Shown: positions 58,400 to 64,000 of the stretch, one piece after another
Position numbering within the stretch: the first letter of the stretch is position 1
Layout: every line of letters begins with the position of its first letter
Source of the DNA: Myxococcota bacterium
GTDB lineage: Bacteria; Myxococcota_A; UBA796; UBA2385
Length of the DNA stretch: 64,000 nt
NCBI GenBank assembly: GCA_044344255.1
Contig: JBIJDH010000021.1
Span: forward strand, 1-64,000
Direction: 5' to 3'
Made by a program: the position numbers and the translations under genes
The notes under the pieces: model-generated
What the model was told of the DNA's origin: nothing
The model's database searches: none
Seen by the model: the letters and a program-made list of their open reading frames with translations, nothing else

Positions 58400-61300
58400 A
58401 TGTCCAGACCGAAGGCCAGCGTAGCCGCAATCGTGATCCTGCTCGCTGCCTGCTCGCCGGACTCCGGGCTGACCAAGTTCAACAATGATCCGGTCGCGGT
58501 GATCTCGTCGCACAGCGACGGGGACACCGAGCGGGAGGGCGACCTCGTCACCTTCCAAGGTTCGGCCTCTGACACCAACAACAGCGCCGATGAGCTGCTG
58601 GCCGGCTGGTACTCCGGCTCGGACGTCCTCTGCGAAGAGGCCGCCCCAGACGCGAGCGGGCTGACCCGCTGCGAAGCCGTGCTCGACACCCTCGACGCCG
58701 ACATCTCCCTCCAGGTGCGCGACCCCTCCAACGCCACGGCCGTCGCCCGGGTGAGCCTCGTCATCACCGCCACCGACGCGCCCGTGGCCGACATCCAGAG
58801 CCCCGACGGGCTCTCCCCCGCCTACACCGATCAGCCGATCGCGGTGGCGGCCGTCGTGAGCGACGGGGAGGACGCCGCCCCTGACCTCCAGGTGGCCTGG
58901 ACCGACGAGGCCGGCGCGGCGCTCGACATCGACGACAGCCCCGACGTGGACGGCGGGCTCGCCGGCACCCTGCCGGCCCTCTCGGCGGGCAGCCACCGCC
59001 TCACCCTCACCGTCACCGACTCCACGGGCAAGGTGGGCGTCGACTCCGTCGACCTCGAGGTGGCGGGCCCCAACCAGGCCCCCTCTTGCCAGATCATCGA
59101 CCCTGCGGACGGCGCGGTGGGCGGCCTCGGCGAGGAGATCGTGTTCACCGGCCTCCTCACCGACCCCGACGTCGACGGCGCCTACCTCTCCGCCGCCTAG
59201 TCGAGCGACGCCGATGGCGCCCTCGGCACGAGCGAGGTCGACAGCGAGGGGCGGACCGTCTTCCGCACCGCGGAGCTGTCGGTCGGCGCCCACCTCCTCA
59301 CGTTGACCGGCACCGACGAGGTCGGCGCGACCTGCACCGACAGCCTCACCTTCCTCGTCGGCACCCCGCCGGAGGTGATCATCACCCTGCCGCTCCCCGG
59401 CGCCGAGGAGAGCGAGTCGGCGATCGTCCCCTTCGAGGCGATGGTCGACGACGACACGACGCCGCCGGAGGCCCTCGACATCGTCTGGGAGAGCGACATC
59501 GACGGCGTGATCGACGAGACCGCAGCGGACAGCTCCGGCTTCGTCTCTTGGGACACCGAGTCGCTGAGCGTGGGGGACCACCTCATCACCGTCACCGTCA
59601 CCGACAGCGATGGCTTCTCCACGGTCGAGACAGTCGAGCTCCGCATCGACGGCGCGCCCTCCGCCCCGGCGGTGGACATCGAGCCCTCTGATCCCGCCGA
59701 TGAGGACGACCTCGTCGCCGCGATCATCACCGACTCCGTGGACCCCGAGGGGGACCCCGTCTCCTACACCTGGGCCTGGACGGTGAACGGAGCCAGCGCA
59801 CCGTACACCGGTGACACCGTCCCGGCCTCCGCCACCACCCGCGGCGAGGTCTGGGCCGTCTCGGTCACCCCGAATGACGGCTACGGCGACGGCGCCGCGG
59901 GCACCGCCAGCGTGAACATCGCCAACACGGCGCCCGTGCTCGCGAGCCTGACCCTCTCCCCCGATCCCGCCGTGGAGGGCGACGTGCTCGCCTGTACGGA
60001 GGGCAGCACCTCCGACGCCGACAGCGACATCGTCACCACCACCACGACCTGGTGGGTGGACGGGATCCAGGTCGCAGCCAGCGGGGACACGCTCGGCGAC
60101 ACCTGGTGGGCGAGCGGCGACACGGTCTATTGTGAGGCCACGCCGAATGACGGCTACGTAGACGGCGCCACGCTCCGCTCGAACACGGTGACCATCGGCA
60201 ACACGGCCCCCCTGGCCACCGCCGCCGACATCAGCCCGGACCCCGCCTACGCCGACGACGCGCTGGTCTGCGGCCTGTCGGGCTACTTCGACGCCGACGG
60301 AGATCCCGACCTCTCCACCTATGAGTGGACCGTGAACGGCGCGGTGGTGGGCACCAGCGACACGCTGGCCGCTGGCTTCATCGGCGGCGACCTCGTCGTC
60401 TGCGCCGTCACCCCCTTCGACGGGCTGACCGCGGGGGCCACGGTCTCCGCCAGCCTCACCGTCTCGAACACGCCGCCGGTGCTGGCGAGCGCCGCGCTCA
60501 CCCCCACCTCGGCGGGCTCCACCGACACCCTGACCTGCACCCCCGGCGCCACCTCCGACCTCGACGGGACCAGCACCTTCTCCTATGGGTACGGCTGGAC
60601 CGTCAACGGCGCGGCCCTCGGCGCGACCACGAGCACCCTGTCGCCGAGTGACTTCGACTCCGGCGACAGCGTACGCTGCTATGTGACGCCGAATGACGGT
60701 GTGGACGACGGCGCCGCCGTGGCCTCGAACGCGGTCACGATCAGCAACGCCGCGCCGGTGGTGTCGGCGGCCGCGATCAGCCCGAGCGCGCCCGACACCG
60801 ACGACACGCTCACCGCCAGCGCCACCGCCGCCGACGCCGACGGCGACACCATCACCCTCTCTTACGCCTGGTCGGTCAACGGCCTCGGGGTGGCCGCGAC
60901 GGGCTCCACCCTCGCCGGCTCCTGGTTCAGCAAGGGGGACAGCGTCTCGGTGAGCGTCACCCCCTCGGACGCCTTCGGTGCGGGGGCGGCCTTTGCCTCG
61001 AGCGCGGTCACGGTGGTGAATTCGGCGCCGAGCCTCACCGGGGCGGCGATCAGCCCCTCGTCGGCCACCGTCTCCGACCCCCTCTCCTGCGCGGGCACGG
61101 GCTACTCCGACCTCGATGGGGACAGCGATCTCAGCACCTACGTCTGGTCTATCGGCGGCGTGACGGTGGGCACCGGCAGCGCGCTCAGCGCCGGCTACGC
61201 CGAAGGGGACGTGGTCACCTGCACGGTCACCCCGAATGACGGCGCGGCCGCGGGCGCCCCGCAGTCCACCGCGGTCACCATCGGCGGCTCCGCCCCGGTG

Positions 61301-64000
61301 CTGTCGGGGGTGACCCTCACCCCGAGCACCGCCTACGAGGCCGACACGCTCACCTGCACGCCGGGCGCCACGACCGACCCCGACGGCACGACGAGCTTCA
61401 CCTACACCACCGCCTGGTACGTGGGCGGGAGCCTCATCGCCCCCACGAGCACGACCCTGACGGGGGCCTCCTTCTCGCGCGGAGACGCCGTGTTCTGCCG
61501 CGTGACGCCGAGCGACGGCACCTCGTTCGGGGCGGCGGTGGCCTCGGGCTCGGTCACGATCTCGAACACCGCGCCGGGGATGGCCTCGGTCAGCCTGTCG
61601 CCCGCGACGGTCTACACGAACGACACCCTCACCGCGACCGTGTCGGCCTCAGACGCGGACAGCGACACGCTGAGCTACACCTATCTGTGGAAGGTGAACG
61701 GGAGCACCGTGGCCGCGACCGGCTCCACCCTCTCTGGGGTGAGCTGGTTCGTCCGGGGAGACAGCGTCACCGTCACCGTGACCCCCTCCGACGGCACGGT
61801 CAGCGGCGCGGCGATGACCTCATCGGCCAAGACGGTCTCCAACAGCGCCCCCACCGCCACGACCGCGGTCATCCTCCCCGACCCGGCGACGACCTCCGAC
61901 GCCCTCACCTGCGCGCTGACCGACTACGCCGATGTGGACGGGGACAGCGCCGCCACCACCTATGTCTGGCGCGTGAACGGGACCTCGGTGGGCACGGGCG
62001 CCTCCCTGTCCACGGGCTACCGCGGCGGAGACGTCGTCTCCTGCACCGCCACGCCGAACGACGGCACCACCGCCGGCGCGGCGGTCTCCGACAGCCTCAC
62101 GATCACCAACACCGCCCCGGTGCTGGCGGGGGCCTCGCTCACGCCGACCACCGCCACCGAGGCGAGCACGCTCACCTGCACGCCGGGCGCGACGACGGAC
62201 GCCGACGGCACCACCGCTTTCACCTACGCCTATGCCTGGCGGGTCAACGGCAGCACGGTGGCCGCCACCGCCTCGACGCTCACCAGCAGCTACTTCTCAT
62301 CGGGTGACTCCGTCGCCTGCCTCGTCACGCCCCACGACGGGACGAGCCTCGGGGCCGCCGTCCTGTCCAACACCGTGACGATCGCCAACACCGCGCCGGT
62401 GATGGTCGCGGTGAGCCTGTCGCCCTCGACCGCCTACACGAATGACACCCTCACCGCCCTGGCCTCGGCCTCGGACGCCGAGGGTGACACCGTCGCCTTC
62501 ACCTACGTCTGGAAGGTCAACGGCAGCACGGTGGCGGCCACCGGCGCGACCCTCTCGGGCGCCACCTGGTTCAACAAGGGGGACAGCGTCACCGTGACCG
62601 CCACCCCCACCGACGGGGTCGACAGCGGCGCGGCGATGACCTCGTCGGCGCGCACGATCTCGAACAGCGCCCCCTCCGCCACCGCGGCCACCATCACGCC
62701 CGACCCCGCGACGGCGACCGATACGCTCTCCTGCGCGCTCGTGGGCTACAGCGACGCCGACGGCGACGCGGCCGCGACCACCTACGTCTGGAAGGTGGGC
62801 AGCACGACGGTGGGCACGGGCTCCACCCTGTCCACCGGCTTCACCGCCGGCAGCACGGTGACCTGCACCGCCACCCCGAACGACGGCAGCACCACCGGCG
62901 CCGCGGTCAGCGACTCCCTCACCGTCGGGAACACAGCGCCGGTGCTCACGAGCGTCTCCCTCAGCCCGACGACGGCCTATGAGGCGAACACGCTCACCTG
63001 CACGCCCGGGACGACGACCGACGCCGACGGCACGACGAGCTTCACCTACACCTATGCCTGGCGGGTCAACGGCTCCGCGGTGGCCGCCACGTCGAGCACG
63101 CTGACGGGCAGCTCCTTCTCGAAGGGGGACACGGTCTATTGCCTGGCCACCCCCTCGGACGGCACCGACAGCGGCGCCGCGGTGGCCTCGAACACGGTCA
63201 CGATCAGCAACACGGCGCCGGTCCTCTCGAGCGTGACGCTGACCCCGTCCACCCCGACCCTCTCCTCCACCCTCACCTGCACGCCGGGCACGACCACCGA
63301 CGCCGACGGCACCTCGAGCTTCACCTACACCTACGCCTGGTCGGTGAACGGCTCGACCATCGCCCCGACCACCAGCACGCTCACCAGCGCCTCCTTCTCG
63401 ATCGGTCAGTCGGTGAGCTGCTCGGCGACCCCGAACGACGGCACCAGCGCCGGCGCGGCGGTGGCCTCGAACACGGTGACGATCAGCAACACGGCGCCGG
63501 TCCTGTCGAGCGTGTCCTTGACGCCGACCACGGCCTATGAGGCGAACACGCTCACCTGCACGCCGGGCTCCACCACCGACGCCGACGGGACGACCAGCTT
63601 CACCTACACCTACGCCTGGACCGTGAACGGCGCCTCGATCGCCCCGACGACGAGCACCCTGACGGGCACGTACTTCTCGGTGGGTCAGGCGGTGGTCTGC
63701 CTCGCGACGCCGAATGACGGCACGAGCTCAGGCCTGGCGGTGGCCTCGAACACGGTGACGATCAGCAACACGGCGCCGGTCCTGTCGAGCGTGACGTTGA
63801 CGCCGACCACGGCCTATGAGGCGAGCACGCTCACCTGCACGCCGGGCTCCACCACCGACGCCGACGGCACGACGAGCTTCTCCTACACCTACACCTGGAA
63901 GGTGAACGGCTCGACGATCGCCCCGACGACGAGCACCCTGACGGGCACGTACTTCTCGACCGGCAGCACGGTCGCCTGCACCGCCACGCCGAGCGACGGC
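58400..64000 (+). CDS. Giant Ig-like-repeat surface lipoprotein (adhesin-like), interrupted by in-frame TAG at 59198-59200; 3' end outside window
   Basis: Lipobox ILLAAC; the same frame resumes at 59201 and appears open to 64000 with ~90-aa NTAP...D.DG...W.VNG...TP.DG repeats. Confidence 0.85.

Noticed and set aside
1..64000. Many long overlapping ORFs (e.g. 22602-25802 +, 43165-46197 +, 49371-53726 +, 54718-58347 +, 4167-6620 -)
   Set aside because: Antisense or off-frame shadows of recognisable genes, as expected at this GC content; low-complexity R/G/A/P composition.
58400..64000. Genome-wide TAG reassignment
   Set aside because: TAG terminates well-defined genes such as yceI and the GSDH at their expected ends.
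1..64000. tRNA or rRNA genes
   Set aside because: No cloverleaf or rRNA signature recognised by eye; a tRNAscan/Infernal run would be needed to exclude them fully.

Overview
Very GC-rich bacterial DNA, most likely a Myxococcota-type organism (inferred from a MYXO-CTERM-like tail and many lipoproteins with acidic D/T/S/G linkers). Core genes: rtcB; an argC-argA(short GNAT)-argJ-argB-argD operon behind tandem ARG boxes; envelope genes (GT-C glycosyltransferase, HTTM, DsbA-like, GSDH, YceI, CotH); two tandem isocitrate-dehydrogenase-family paralogues; an alpha-2-macroglobulin without a thioester motif, coupled to a ~1700-aa beta-sandwich protein; a B12-binding radical SAM enzyme; a propeller/C39-like peptidase; and a giant Ig-repeat lipoprotein interrupted by one in-frame TAG that runs off the window end. 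Three accessory patches (~11-16.4 kb, ~27.3-31.6 kb, ~39.4-43.1 kb) have no intact integrase or transposase and are each bounded by direct-repeat partial gene copies. One creates a chimeric lipoprotein (CotH upstream region and signal peptide fused to an HExxH domain) followed by two small orphan genes. Best candidates for something new: the IDH pair with complementary active-site loss (possible eukaryote-like heteromer), the duplication-bounded islands with signal-peptide capture, and the A2M/giant-partner module. All family calls come from motif recognition by eye; no database searches were run.
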